A program made the translations under genes and the position numbers. A stretch of 63,929 nucleotides of DNA, filler included, from Craspedostauros australis (Eukaryota), in NCBI GenBank assembly GCA_030167865.1. It is 21 parts of 21 records of this genome, joined end to end, with 100 filler letters (N's around TTAATTAATTAA, not from the genome) between each part and the next. Parts side by side here need not be neighbours in the genome. Positions count along the whole stretch, not along the records: positions 46,674 to 51,825 come from JALAGF010001334.1; positions 51,926 to 54,025 come from JALAGF010001336.1; positions 54,126 to 59,211 come from JALAGF010001339.1; positions 59,312 to 60,493 come from JALAGF010001340.1; positions 60,594 to 61,747 come from JALAGF010001341.1; 16 more parts are not named here. One strand, 5' to 3'. Shown one piece after another: positions 46,674 to 60,676 of the stretch. How positions within the stretch are numbered: position 1 is the stretch's first letter; every line of letters begins with the position of its first letter. The notes beneath the pieces were generated by a model, which was not told the DNA's origin, did not search any database, and worked only from the letters and a program-made list of their open reading frames with translations.

Positions 46674-49600
46674 TCCGGATCGCTTGCCAGTCAAGCCTCT
46701 GCCTACAGCTAAAGAACAGCCAACAAGACAACAGCCATTACGTTTGGGCTCTATTAGGCTGTTGGGGGCGATTCGCTGAGCCAACCTCGACATGGTGAGT
46801 CCGGAATGAAATGCCTTGAGAGATAGGACCATCATTGAATGTTCTGCCTTGCAAAGATGCTCAAGTGGGCCGATGCACTTCTTTGCCACCTGTAGTTCGC
46901 CAAAGTATGCTGCCAGCTGCATGCAACCCCAAAACTTGTACATCCACTTGATCCATTCTGAAGGATTAGTATCTTTCACCGATATCGAGTCAACCAGACT
47001 CTTCCAGTTTTCTTGCGTCAATGATACTGTGAGATCGCTCTTGCCGCACAAGATCATCGACATATCGTAAGCAGGCTCGCAGATGTCTTCTAAGATCTTG
47101 AGGCCGTAGTGTTGTGCTTGCCCAAGCAATGATTTCATCACTCGACACAGTGGGATGAGAGGTAAACCAGCCGCAGATGCGAGGATCAAACTAATTGCCC
47201 AGCATCGGTATGCTGACTCCGGGTCGCCTGTTTCCATTGCATCTTGCTGGCCTCGACGTAGATCGGCCAAGCACACGTGAACAGGCTGGGACCACGAGTC
47301 AACGAAGGTTTCCATCGCCAAAATGTAACGACCAAAGAGGTATTTGGACTCAGTTACATCGATAATACGCCTCGACAAGGCAGCCAGCCGTTTGCCCAGA
47401 CGTATCTTCTTGAAGACATTCATGAAGATGATTCCAGCACAACAGAAGGCGTAGGCACCTTCTGCGCATAGACCATGTTTCAGTGTGAGCCGAACTTGTC
47501 GGAACAGAATGAAAATCAATGTCCCAATCTGGTTCGAGCAGTGAGCAGAGAAACCAGCATGCTCCAATATCTCCATTGTCAGCTTCATCTTGGGGTTCAT
47601 CGTGACGGAGAGGTTCATGACCTCGTCGTCGGTGTGCTTGGAGAAGTAGGCGTTGATCTTCTGAAAATCCCTGAGAGCGAGGAATAAGTGATTCCTCACA
47701 GGGACCGTCTCCAGCAACTTGAGTGATTGGAGCTGGAGATCCAACGACTATTTGAATCGTTCCAAGCGATTCAATGCCTTGGCTAATGACAAGTTCATCA
47801 AGATCTTGTCCTCCATGGCCTGATCCGATCTCGTCACGATGGTCTGACACAGCATCAGTCCCTTATCGTAGTTGCCGAGGGTCAGCTCGGTCTCAGATAG
47901 GCTATGATACACATCCCTGCATAGATTGTGCTGCGTCTTCCATGGATCAGCAATCTTGATTTCAAGATTCGTCAAGGCTCGGTTCAGATACTTCACTGCT
48001 GGAACGAGTGCAGTGACACTAATCGCGAGCTGTCCTGCCTTGAGGTTGAGATGGACGAGATCGATGGCTGGGATGATATGATCAGAGACCGTGAGCGACG
48101 ACACGTTCTCGAGGTGGTCCGCAGCCATGAACCACATCCAGTCTTCACCCAGCATGGGATCAGATGCGATCTCCATGAGATGCTTGCCAATCCGATACTT
48201 CATTCGGTCCAGCTCGTCGCCTGGAGGGGTCAACGAGAAGGCTGCCTGTTGAATTCGGTCGTGGGCGAAGCGGAATGTCGCGCCCGAGTCGACAAGGCGC
48301 TGTGTCCGATCTGTGTCCGCCTCGATTCTCTCTAGCAGCTCCTCTTTCACTGCCATGCTCAATGCTTCACCGACACTCATCTCCGCCACTGCCAGGGTAT
48401 TCCTTGTGCCAGCATCAGCTGCTTGATGTACCTGACGCCCCTCCATTTCCCAATCCACCAGCGTCTCCAATAGAGACTGACGGAACGTCGATCGTAGAAA
48501 CGACGCCATCTGCAAACACTTTTGCATATCCTCTGGCAGTGAATACAGCTTCGATATGATCAGGTCAACCACATTCGCCGATAGGTCCATTTCGTCAGCT
48601 GCCCGCTTTTCATCCCATTCCCACTGCATCGTATGGATGCTGCAAGTGAGAACCTTGCGACGGCGCAATCTCTCCAACGCTTGAATGGTGTAGAGCACGT
48701 TGCCTTGCGTTTTGTCATGAAGCAGCTTCGCTAGAGGTGCGGTTGTGATGGTATCCAACCGAAGTGACGATGCAAGAAGCTCCGCAGTTTGAGTGACAGT
48801 GAGATCGTTGAGAGGGATGTCATGGACGGTCTTTCCATTGGTTTGCCATTGCGAGACGGCGGTGGTGAGGTGATGTTGAGGGTCGTTGTGCACCTCGTTG
48901 GATCGATATGATCCAATCATGAGAAGGTTGCGGATGGATGGATCGAGGAGAATCTCTGTGATGAGCTTGAGCGATTGCCCATCGACCCATTGGAGATCTG
49001 TCCATGTGCATACAGTTGTGTGAATGTGAAAAATCAAAGATTGGGGGCGTGGTACAAGGGTGGTTCAGTGAAATGGTTCAGTGAAATGATAGTGTGCAGT
49101 GTGGTATGGCGTGGTAGTGCACGCATGCAACGAAAGGTATGGGCGGTGGAAGCAAGTATCCGAGTCTGCAACACTATGCGCTGCCGTTGGTTTCACTCAC
49201 CGTCCAGATAGAGCACGAGCGGGCGATCATTCGTACAGATGGCTTTGAGGATCACCTTGAAACCATGTACGAGTTGAGGCCATTCCTTTTCTCTCGATCT
49301 CACACCTACGCGTTGGTCCGCATCGAGGAGCGATACTGTCGTCATCGATTTTGCGCCAACTGACTGCTCTTCGATTGACGATGTGGTGTGACCAATTGGT
49401 TTCGTGGTGGCGTTGTGGTTGTTGCGGTTCATCATCCGGAATGGCTTGGAATGCGGCTGTGCCCATTCTTGTTCTTCGCTCGCACCGTTTCCGCTTGCAG
49501 CGATCTGGAGGTTGCTCTGGTAGTTGCTGCCGAACATATTGGAGAGGCCAGGAATGAGTTTGCACATGCGGTCACACTGGGTATCGTCCATCTTGTTTCG

Positions 49601-50428
49601 AATGGTATCCCGAATGCGGTTGCTCTCCGCAACATCATCGTCCTCGCCAGTCTCCCCGAGATGCTCGAAGAAACTAGACAGAGCATCGACGATGGCCGAC
49701 AGGTTGCCCGCATTGTTGAACTGGTCGTACTTTCCCTTGCCAACGTGGCATGGGTGCATATCCGATTGTCGTTTCTTTTTGTCGACTTTCATTTGTGCAA
49801 CGGTATCGCTTCCATCTGACGCTGGTGGCACAGTGCCCAAAGGAGATGTTTCGACACCCAAGCCCCCCAGGAAGCGATTCACCAACGCTGACTTCCCTGT
49901 CCCGGAGTATCCATGGATGAGCACAACCTGCGCCTCCGTGTTGCCCTTTTTCGCGCCGCTTGTGATGTCGTCACTGCTGCCGGCTGATGTCTTGGATGAT
50001 TTGCGGCATATGCATGCATAGATCGAGTTCAGCCGTTCCAGCTCGTCTTCGCGTCCAACAAAGCGATCGAACCGTAGCCGATCCCACCGTCCGCTGCTTG
50101 TGCTGTGACCATGGTTATCGTCGGTGTCATCGGGCTTATCGTCGTGATCCACGTCGTTGTGTTCATCATCCGGATCTGAGTGGCTGTGCGTATCATGGTC
50201 ACCATCATCATGGTCATCATCATCATCATCATCAATACTGTAGATGTTGTAGACATTCGATCCACGCGTTGAGCTGGCTGTTTCCTCCACCGTGTTGGTG
50301 GCAGCATCTGAAGCGGCGGCAGCATTTGTGTTCGTCTCACTCCCACTATGTCCTTGCGACAGCGAAACATGATGGCCACGGTTGACTGGTGGGATACGGA
50401 GGTCCTTTGAGGAGCGGCGAGTCGACAT
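46674..50428 (-). pseudogene. STAND-type ATPase family paralog 4 with intact 5' end; exon 1 50428-49201, exon 2 from 48997; in-frame TAG at 47750-47748
   Basis: FVGREDEL, Walker A GYSGTGKS. GTGAG..CAG intron 49200-48998 restores Walker B LYLD-D-LQW. KTQGNVLY, FAHDRIQQAA. The same frame continues after the TAG (ORF 47744). Confidence 0.85.
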
Positions 50429-51925
50429 GATGCCTTGGTGCTTTCCAGTTGTGATCAGGTCGCAGCGACGATCGTGGCTTCAGCAACCAGCAGAGTAGTC
50501 GTACGGATTGCGCTGGATTGTCATGTGGCAGGCATGTGATGGACAGTCATCGACGAAGTCTGTCACAAGTCTGGACTGCATCACTTTTGTTGGAAGACCT
50601 TCGCGGATTCTGTCCCAATGATGACCAACGACACTCGTCAAAAAGACGCATTGGTCATCTTGAGGTCTTTCGAATGGACTGGTTAAATGCAACTATGGCA
50701 TTTGATAAAATTGTGGCGAAGGCATCCCACTGATCCAAGTTGAAGAATGTCTCTCATTTCTCAGCGTTTTCGCAACACTGTTGTAATACACAAGTTATAC
50801 CTATTCTGCCGCAGATTTTGAATACGGACATGTCGAAGGACAAACTACACGACGGTCATCCAGAATTAGACTACTCTACTGAAGACAGTAGAACAGGAAG
50901 ATCATGTATTCGCACATAACACATGAGCAGTAGTCCAGTAACCGCGCATGGAACTCTACCACAGAAGGCTCTGAGAAGTAGCAACAGAGGCACACAGAGA
51001 AGAATACAGCGAATGTCCGTACGAGTGAGGCTACGATTGGTGCAGCTGTTGGGCTGAGGGGCCTTGTCCAGTCAAGAATTCTGGCACCAACCTTCTCTCC
51101 ATTCGACCCAGCGCCTGAAACCCAGCATCGCGTCCAGTTCAGGCTTTGGAGCAGACGTTTCGTTTTGTAAATGATGATGCCACTCCGATCTGCACACAGC
51201 TGTCTCGCTAGCCGGCATGAGTGGTACCTGTACTACCTTCTGCAGTCTGCATTTTACTTCGTCTACAGCCTAAGGCACGATTTTGCCCACCTTCTTCCTT
51301 CAGTTCTCGACGGGGTGTGTCATGGAACTAAACGCTTCAGTTCTCAGAAGTCGTGGTTCCAGCATATTGGCTCTCTGCAATCGGAAGGTTCGAGACATCA
51401 AGGTGCCCTGCCATCGATGCGCTGATGGATCACATGGTAAGAAAGTGGACCTCCTACTGCGCCACACATCAGAACAGAGTGCCTTGTCGGATGGTATGCC
51501 AATCCATCACCAGAGGCCATGGATCAAGAGCACACCTGTTGGAGGACTGAGAACTGACGCGGTTCAGATTCATCTGTACTATACATCCCAAGGTTCCTCT
51601 GCCGGAGTCTCAACGCGGAACATGTAATAGACGATATCTTCACGAATGGTACCAAACGCATGTCCTTGCATGAAGCAAACCGAGAAGGGTGCAGATGTCT
51701 GCCCCTTGCATTCGTACTGTTTCTCATCATGTATTTGGCTGAAGTTGCTGGTTTCGTGTTCCTCTCGTCTTTGTTGGCGCCAGTAAAAAGTGAGTTGTCT
51801 GTGCTGGTGCGCGTAGCGAAGAAATNNNNNNNNNNNNNNNNNNNNNNNNNNNNNNNNNNNNNNNNNNNNTTAATTAATTAANNNNNNNNNNNNNNNNNNN
51901 NNNNNNNNNNNNNNNNNNNNNNNNN

Positions 51926-52381
51926 CCTACTGACGTCGACAGGATGTCATCGTGTCACCACGTCAACATCTGTCTCCAAGTCAGAGCAGGAGGCGAAGAT
52001 CCGATGACCCATGAAGATCATGGATACAGAAGGTGAACTTCAAATGGTAAGTACTCATGGAGTAGGAACCAGTACTGAACGAACGGAGTGTCGAATGCGG
52101 AGTACGCATCGAACACGGAGTATCGTGTGGCACGAGCACACGATGTTGAGAGAGAGAGAGAAAGAGAGAGAATACAGAGAGGAGCGAGAGAGCATCTCGC
52201 ATACCGACTCATAGTCGGAGACTGAATCTACGAAACAGATTGAAGCACCGAGAGCATCGGGCAAGAGAACGGCGTACACCGAGAGCATCGGAGTAGCCAA
52301 GTAATGAAATAGCAAACGAACAACTATCAACCAACACCATCTTCCACGATCGTAGGTTACCGTGAGCGGAACTTGCCAACA
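51926..52381. mobile_element. LTR family C, copy 1 (one end)
   Basis: Ends GGAACTTGCCAACA. The last 83 bp match 60594-60676 with 2 mismatches. Confidence 0.78.
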
Positions 52382-53550
52382 CAGGTTGAGGTTGGAGACA
52401 GAGCGGTGGAAGACAAGTCCCTTAATGTGTGGGAAGCCAAGCAGCTTCATAGCAAAACTCAACAGAGCCTTCAAAGGCCAGCTGAGAGTTCACATGCTGC
52501 TGCGCAGTGTCGAAAGCATTGGTGAGCACTTTGTGGAGGAGCATGTATGCAGAGAGCTGGTGTTGTAGGACATCAAAAACTGCTAGCATACTTGAGCCGG
52601 ATAGTGGGATGGTCAGGATTGATGATTCCCTTGCCCTGGAGCTTGTCTAACAGCTTGCAGCTNNTGGAGAAGACACAAGAGCCATGGACGTTCCTGGGAA
52701 TCACTGCTGTGCTGGGGTACAACAAATCCAATGAGCAAAAGTGGACATCCACCAATGCCACAGCAGCATGGAGCTGCACATACCACAAGAAGACTTGGTC
52801 AAGTGTATCATCCGCAAGCTTGATCTGCTGTCAATCCCGCGCCTGCAATGCACTGAAACAGAGCAAATCGAGGGCATCACCAAATGGTGTAGCAATTGTG
52901 CCAACAGAGGGCAGGGGTGGAGTTTGTCACTGTGTAGGAAACACCAGACCCAGCAATGTAGCTGAACTCAAATGGATCTTGGGAAGGAATGGTGTCCTCA
53001 CCAGGGACAGAAAATACTGTTTTCATGGAGAAAGCGCAGGGGGCATGGCATCAGCATGTTTGGCACAGCCACTGTTGGCAGCCTCATCAACAGGGGCGTC
53101 ATCATTGGCAGGAGCCTTGGAAACCTGGCGTCACTGTCAGTGGTGGCATCAACCACATCAAACATGGGAACTGATGATGGTGCAGTGTGCATTGGTGGAG
53201 TGATGTCGTAGACATGTGGAACAGTGATGGAGTGGCACAAAAAATCGTGGAACTTGCAGGCCTGGAAGTTGGTGACCAAATCGTCATTGTTGCTGTTGTC
53301 TCCACAAGTGTGAAACCACAATCAAACTTCCCACATGCCATGGCTGTGGACAAGACTGCCACCCCAATGCACCAATTGGGCATGGAAAAAGGCATCATCA
53401 CCATTGAGCAAATTGTAGAATTCATGGTTGGTGGTGGTCTTGTTATCGTCCCACATGAGAGGAAACCACGTCCAACTGAGCTGCTCAGAGATGAGGCAGG
53501 CATCAACAAGAGCATGGCACTCCATGTTATCATTGTTGGAAGCCATGATG
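52382..53550 (-). pseudogene. Heavily decayed, CpG-depleted ORF remnant, possibly retroelement gag
   Basis: Broken minus-strand frames starting MASNNDN, strong TG/CA excess, interrupted by LTR C. Identity is a guess. Confidence 0.3.
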
Positions 53551-54629
53551 AATAGAAGAAGGAAGCAAGAACAGAGAGTATGGGGCAAAGAGGTTGAGGG
53601 AAGATATTGTGAATGCAACAGAATGTGATGTCCCAGAGCACTTAGGAAGAGAGGAAGTAATGAAAGACTTGTGTGACACGTGAAAAGGCCATAACCTTTC
53701 AATATTGTGTGAGTGTGGTGTGTTTGAGATGGTACTAATGGTGGATTTAGAGTATCGGAGATGTGATGATTTCTGTGGCAGCCAGTGTGCCTCCATCGCC
53801 TGTCATCATACGGAAGTACGCATGCCAACAAGCGAGTTTGCAAAAGCTGAACACAACAAAGCCAACTAAAAATACGCAAAAATACGCTAACTTCGACCAA
53901 TTCGTGCTATCAGAATCTGCATTTTGGCGCACTTTTGCAGGCTGCATCATCCAAAACAAGAAAAATATATGAATATGATCGCTTTCGAACGCCTGATGTG
54001 ACGTCACGATACAGAATTGCGGGAANNNNNNNNNNNNNNNNNNNNNNNNNNNNNNNNNNNNNNNNNNNNTTAATTAATTAANNNNNNNNNNNNNNNNNNN
54101 NNNNNNNNNNNNNNNNNNNNNNNNNTTTCCAACAACTGTCAAGTAGGTAACCCATTGGTCGTACCAAGCTCACACACTACTCACACATGACTCACACATG
54201 ACTCACACACTGCTCACACACTGCTCACATACGGCTCACACATAATGGTTCATGCTGTGGACAACCCAAAATGCAAGGCACAGCCATTTCCATCACCCAC
54301 CACATAATTCACACTGAACCGTGTGCAGTCACAGCCCATGCACACACTCCAGCCACCTTGCACACTGACGACATGGTTGACAATGGTTGACACACAGTTC
54401 TGCAAGCCATATACGACTCACTCTACCAAAATGCATTGTACAGGAATGGCCATCACTCAACCCACAACAACAACTGGCCAATCTCGACCCCCAGCACCTG
54501 CACACACTCCAAACACCGCACACACTGTCCACATGGTTGACACATGGTTGGAACATAGCTCACTCATGATGTTGCAAGCCAAACACAACTCATACACCAA
54601 AAATGCAATAAACATCAATTGCCATCACT

Positions 54630-55650
54630 AACGGCACAACACACATTGGCCAATATCTATTCCTATACCCCACCCCCAACCACGCACACCCTAGCTAACT
54701 GCTGCAAGTATTGCCCAAACTAACCCTTGATACATATTCATCACCCATTAACCCTTGATACAAATTCAGAACACCCTGACCCTTACCATCACTCACAGCA
54801 CAACGAAAATTAGCAGATATCTATTCCTATACCCCACCCCCAACCACGCAACTAACTGCTGCAAGTATTGCCCCAACTAACCCTTGATACCAATTCATCA
54901 CCCATTAACCCTTGATACAAAATTCATCAGCCATTCACCCTTGCCACAAGTTCATAAAGCCCTGACCCTTGCCATCACTCACCATACAACACACATTGGC
55001 TGATATCTATTCCTATACCCCACCCCCAACCACGCAACTAACTGCTGCAAGTATTGCCCAACCTAACCCTTGATACCAATTCATTGCACATTAACACCCT
55101 AGCCCTTGATACAAATTCATCAGCCATTCACCCTTGCCACAAGTTCATAACACCCTGACCCTTGCCGTCACTCACAGCACAACACATATAGGCCAATATC
55201 TATTCCTATACCCCACCCCCGACCGTGCAATTAACTCCTAAAAGTATTGCCCCAACTAACCCTTGATACAAATTCATCGCACAGTAACACCCTAACAAAT
55301 TCATCAGCCATTCACCCTTGCCACAAATTCAGAACACCCTGACCCTTTTCATCACTCACGGCACAACACACATTGGCCGATATCTATTCCTAAACCCCAT
55401 ACCCCACCCCCAACCACGCAACTAACTGCTGCAAGTATTGCCCAACCTAACCCTTGATACCAATACATCGCACATTAACACTCTAACAAATTCATCAGCC
55501 ATTCACCCTTGCCACAAGTTCAAAATGCTGAAACCCTTTTTATCACTCACAGCACAATGAAAATTAGCAGATATCTATTCCTAAACCCCACCCCCAACCG
55601 TGCAACTAACTCCTAAAAGTATCACCCAACCTAACCCTTGATACAAATTC
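54630..55650 (+). repeat. About 165-195-bp satellite, 6 units, rich in AACCCT
   Basis: Anchor ATATCTATTCCTA recurs near 54653, 54818, 55003, 55196, 55380 and 55571. Confidence 0.88.
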
Positions 55651-55869
55651 ATCACACACACACTCACACACACTCACACACACTCACACTCACTCACACT
55701 CACTCACACTCACACACATTCGAAGCACCTATCACACTCTCCACACACAGTTGGAACACACTGTAGAGCAGCTGACACACTATCAATACAATTCCATTAG
55801 CCATACACAACTCATACGCTCAAATGGAATGCACAGCAACTGCCATCACTCTCCACACAGCACCCACTT

Positions 55870-58760
55870 GCAGTCACTTCCGGCTTCTCTCTTAACACCT
55901 CTGATTGCAGTAGTCACACATCCAACAACACATCCAACAACACATCCAACAACGCCAGGAGGCGTCCCACACCACGAATGACCGGATGCAAGCATGGAAC
56001 ATGTGGCCAGCCACTTGATGATGCTCGTTGTTACCATCACACTCAAAGATGGGCCATGGTGGATGGTGGATGGTGGATGGTGGATGGTGGATGGTGGATG
56101 GTGGATGGTGGATGGTGGATCACATTATCTCACACTTGCAGTTGATTCCGGCTTCTCTCTTCAAATCTCTGATTGTGGTAGTCACACATCCAACAATGCC
56201 AGGAGGCGTCCCACACCACACATGACACGATACAAGCGTGGCACATGTGACCAGCAACTCCATGATGCTCATTGTTACCATCACACTCAAAGATGGATCA
56301 TGATGGACCATGATGGATCACAATATCTCACACATGCAGACACTTCCGGCTTACCCTAACTCTCACAAGACGATCAACTACAATATATCACATATCCAAC
56401 ATCGCATACACACGCCCCATGGCACGCACAATACACCACATCTGTATCACATCTGGCCAGCAACGACATGATGCTCATTGTCACTCTCAAAGATGGACCA
56501 TGGTGGATGATGGATCACAAAATCACATACTTGCAGATACTTCCGGCCACTCTCACAGCACGTGCAACTTTGATAATCGCACATACAACATTGCTCGCTC
56601 ATGTTCAGTGGCACGCACAATGCACTACATCCATATCACATGCGCTTGGCAACTCCATGATACTCGTTGTCACAATCAAAGATGAATCATGATGGATGAT
56701 GGATGATGGATGATGGATGATGGATGATGGATCACACTATCTCACAAAAGCAGACACTAACCCTAACGGCTAACTCTAACTCTCACAACACCTCCAACCT
56801 TGATACTCGCGCATCTCACAATGCCCACACACGCCCTGTGGCATGCACAATACACAATACACCACATCCATATCACATGTGGCTGGCAACTCCATGATGC
56901 TCGTTGTTACCTTCACACTCAAAGATGAACCAAAGATGGATCACAAAATCACATGCTTGCAGACACAATACTAACCCTAACCCTAACGGCTAACCCTAAC
57001 TCTCACTACACGATCAACTGCACTAATCGCACATCCAACATCGCTCACACATGTTCAGTGGCACGCACAGTACACTACATCCGTATCACATGCAGTTGGC
57101 AGCTCCATGATCCTTGTTGTTACCTTCACACTCAAAAGGTGGATCATGGTGGAGCACAATTTCTCACACATGCTGTCATTTCTGGTCCCTCTGCAAACAC
57201 CATCTAATGCAATGTATCACACATCCAACATTGTATGCGCACGCTCCATAGCTATAGCACGTACAGCGTACAGCGTACTATACACCATGTCCGTATCACA
57301 TGTGGCTGGCAACTCAAAGATGCTCGTTGATACCTTCACACTCAAAAGATGGACCATGATGGATCACACAATCTCAAATTATGCAGATGCTTCCGGCTTA
57401 CCCTAACTCTCACAACACCATCAACTGCAATCCTTGCACATCCATTGTCGCGTACACACGCCCCATGGCACGTACAATACACCATACACAATACATCACA
57501 TCTGTATCACGTGTGGCTGGCAACTCCAGGATCTTCAGTTTTGCACACAAACCTGGACCAATATGGATCAAAATGTATATCTCACACTTGCACACATTTC
57601 TGGCTAACCCTAACTCTCACCATCACCACCAATTGCGGTAATGGCACAACCATCAACGTTTGCACACGCCCCATAACACTCGAGACACGATACAAGTGTG
57701 GCACATGCAGCTGGCTACTCCATGATGCTTGTTGTCACTGTCACAATCAAAGATGGACCATGGTGGATCACAATAATATCTCCACAATTGCAGTAACTTC
57801 CAGCCCATATCTCAACACCACCAACCACAATATTTCACACATCTCACCACGCTCACACATGCCCCATATCACACATGACATGATACAAGCGTGGCACATG
57901 CGGCCAATCACTCCATCACCATCATTGTCTCACTCGAAGGTGGATCATGTTGGATCAAAGTAATATCTCACACTTGCACACATTTTTGGATCCTCTCTCA
58001 CCACTACCAATTGCAGTAACGACACAACCATCAACGCTCACACATGCTCCATAACACTATTGGCACGATACAAGCGCGGCACATGCGGCCAGCAACTCCA
58101 AGATGCTCGTTATTGTTGTCACACTTAAAGATGGACCATGGTGGATGATGGATCACAATAATATCTCACAATTGCAGTAACTTCCAGCCCATATCTCAAC
58201 ACCATCAAAAGCAATATTTCACACATCCAACAATGGCCACACTTGTCCATACCACGCATGACATAGCCCAAGTGTATCACATGTGGCCAGCAACTCCAAG
58301 ATGCTTGTTATTATTGTCACACTCAAAGATGGATCATGATGGACCATGATGGATCAAAAAATCACATACTTGCACTCATTTCCGGCCCATATCTCAACAC
58401 CTCCAACTGCAGTAATCACACATCCAACAACGCTCATACACACTTCAAAGCTACCTTGACGTGGCACCAAGCGTGGCACATACAGCTGGCCACTCAATCA
58501 TATTCATTGTCATGCTCAAGGATGGACCATAATGCATGTTGGATCAAAATAATGTCTCACACTTGCACACATTTACGGATACTCTCTCACCACTGCCAAT
58601 TGCGGTAATCACACATCTCACAACGCATACACACACTTTGGACCTACCTTGACATGATTCGACTGTGGCACATGCAGCTGGCAACTTCATGATGTTCATT
58701 ATCACACTCAAAGATGGATAATGTTGGATCACACTTGCAGTCACTTCCAGCCCCTCACTC
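55870..58760 (+). repeat. About 190-bp degenerate satellite, about 15 units, with embedded CCCTAA runs and GGATGGT/GGATGAT expansions
   Basis: Recurring core CACATGTGGCCAGCAACTCCATGATGCTC..CACACTCAAAGATGGA..GGATCACA. Confidence 0.85.
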
Positions 58761-60593
58761 ACTGGCCAACACGCACACACAGACGGCGCACACAGTGCAC
58801 ACACACTGATCACATGGTTACCTACAAGCTTGAATGGCCAAATCACAACACACTGCCCTACAGTGCCCATACACTGCTCACACACTGCCCATACACTGCT
58901 CACACACTGCTCACACACTGCTCACAACGAGGAAATGCACGAAAACCCAAGATACAGCATCACTCATAACCCCTAACCCTCAATATACAAGTAGCAAAGG
59001 CACACAAGGCACACAAGGCACGCAAGGCATGCACAGAGACAAGGCCATGACACAACATGACACCAACTGCTCACTAAATGCAAATGCATGATAACCAACC
59101 ACACAAAAGAACAGGGCAATTTCCAGGACCCATCATACACTAAGACACTGCTCACTACAGGCCAAAGCACGACAATCTAGGACACAAAAGCATCACCCTA
59201 ACAATTGACAGNNNNNNNNNNNNNNNNNNNNNNNNNNNNNNNNNNNNNNNNNNNNTTAATTAATTAANNNNNNNNNNNNNNNNNNNNNNNNNNNNNNNNN
59301 NNNNNNNNNNNTGTTCATCTCCTTCCATTGGTGGAATTCGAAAAGGCCAACACCACACGGATCCGCGAGTAATTGAAAGTCAACACACAGTCTGCAGGAG
59401 CCCGGAGCCCTCGCAAGAGGATTGCGAGCAACATCAATTCGGAGCGTGTAGATCGCTCAGGCACAACCTCCCCTTTCCCATCAGCCGGACACCATACAGT
59501 ATTGAGGAATATGAATGGTTGATGCAACTGGAATGGCATAGACTCATCTCAATCGCGGCAATCGTGCATGACACTGACGATGCCCTCCAGAAGGTGCATG
59601 TCGACGGAGCGGAATTTGCATGGGTATGGATTTNNNNNNNNNNNNNNNNNNNNNNNNNNNNNNNNNNNNNNNNNNNNNNNNNNNNNNNNNNNNNNNNNNN
59701 NNNNNNNNNNNNNNNNNNNNNTTCGTCCCTCCAGACGTCGAAACTGATAGAATGCGTGATGGAAACGTTCAGGTGAGGGTGCAAAAATGTTAGTGCGAAG
59801 AATAACACTGGGTCCCTACATAGGTATGCTTTTGTTGGCATAGAAATAGCACCAGGCGGAATTGCGAAATGAAATTGGACGACTACAAAGTAGACGGCAA
59901 GGCGAAGAAGACGATGGCAGTCCGGGCATGTGGCTGTCGAAACCGATGGAGTCCGTGAACGCAGCGGAAAGGGGAAGATATTGCAACTTTATCGTGAGAA
60001 ATAACACGAGAGAAAACGAGAATCCGGCAACACAACGCGCCGAACTAAAAATAGCACAGGGTGAATCGCATGCATCGTATTGGTGGGTGGCTATGTCCGC
60101 AGCGTTGAAATCAAGGTATGGAGTTCATCCAATGGAGAGGATCGTGCAAAGGATGAATGCAGTAATGTTTGCAAATGTGCTACGCACACAACAACATCGT
60201 ATACCACTATTGAAAAATTCAGTAGATTGATTTGGGAGAAAATCGGGGAACCAGAAATTGGATACGGAGGACCCAAGGCAAACAAGGAGTTGGCACGGCA
60301 CAACTCCAGGTTGTGGCTCTCACACTCCTGTTCAAGCCAGAGTGGTATGATGCTGCTGTCGTACACTGTCTAGTGTATGACCATACCTATCTTTCAATGA
60401 TAAGAATCCAATCAGTGAATTGCTAGAGTAGGCACAAGGTGGGCACCTGCAGCATTGCCACAGAATGCTACGTGGACACCATCGCTGCTGACANNNNNNN
60501 NNNNNNNNNNNNNNNNNNNNNNNNNNNNNNNNNNNNNTTAATTAATTAANNNNNNNNNNNNNNNNNNNNNNNNNNNNNNNNNNNNNNNNNNNN

Positions 60594-60676
60594 AAGTAAT
60601 GAAATAGCAAACGAACGACTATCAACCAACACCATCTTCCACGATCGTAGGTTACCGTGCGCGGAACTTGCCAACA
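60594..60676. mobile_element. LTR family C, copy 2 (terminus)
   Basis: Matches 52299-52381 with a different flank. Confidence 0.78.

Noticed and set aside
16246..50428. STAND paralogs, glycosyltransferases and TEs as a physical gene cluster or operon
   Set aside because: They lie on separate contigs. Order and shared minus orientation are assembly artefacts.
59312..60493. Short ORFs on both strands of this contig
   Set aside because: Fragmented by stops and a gap; no family can be supported.
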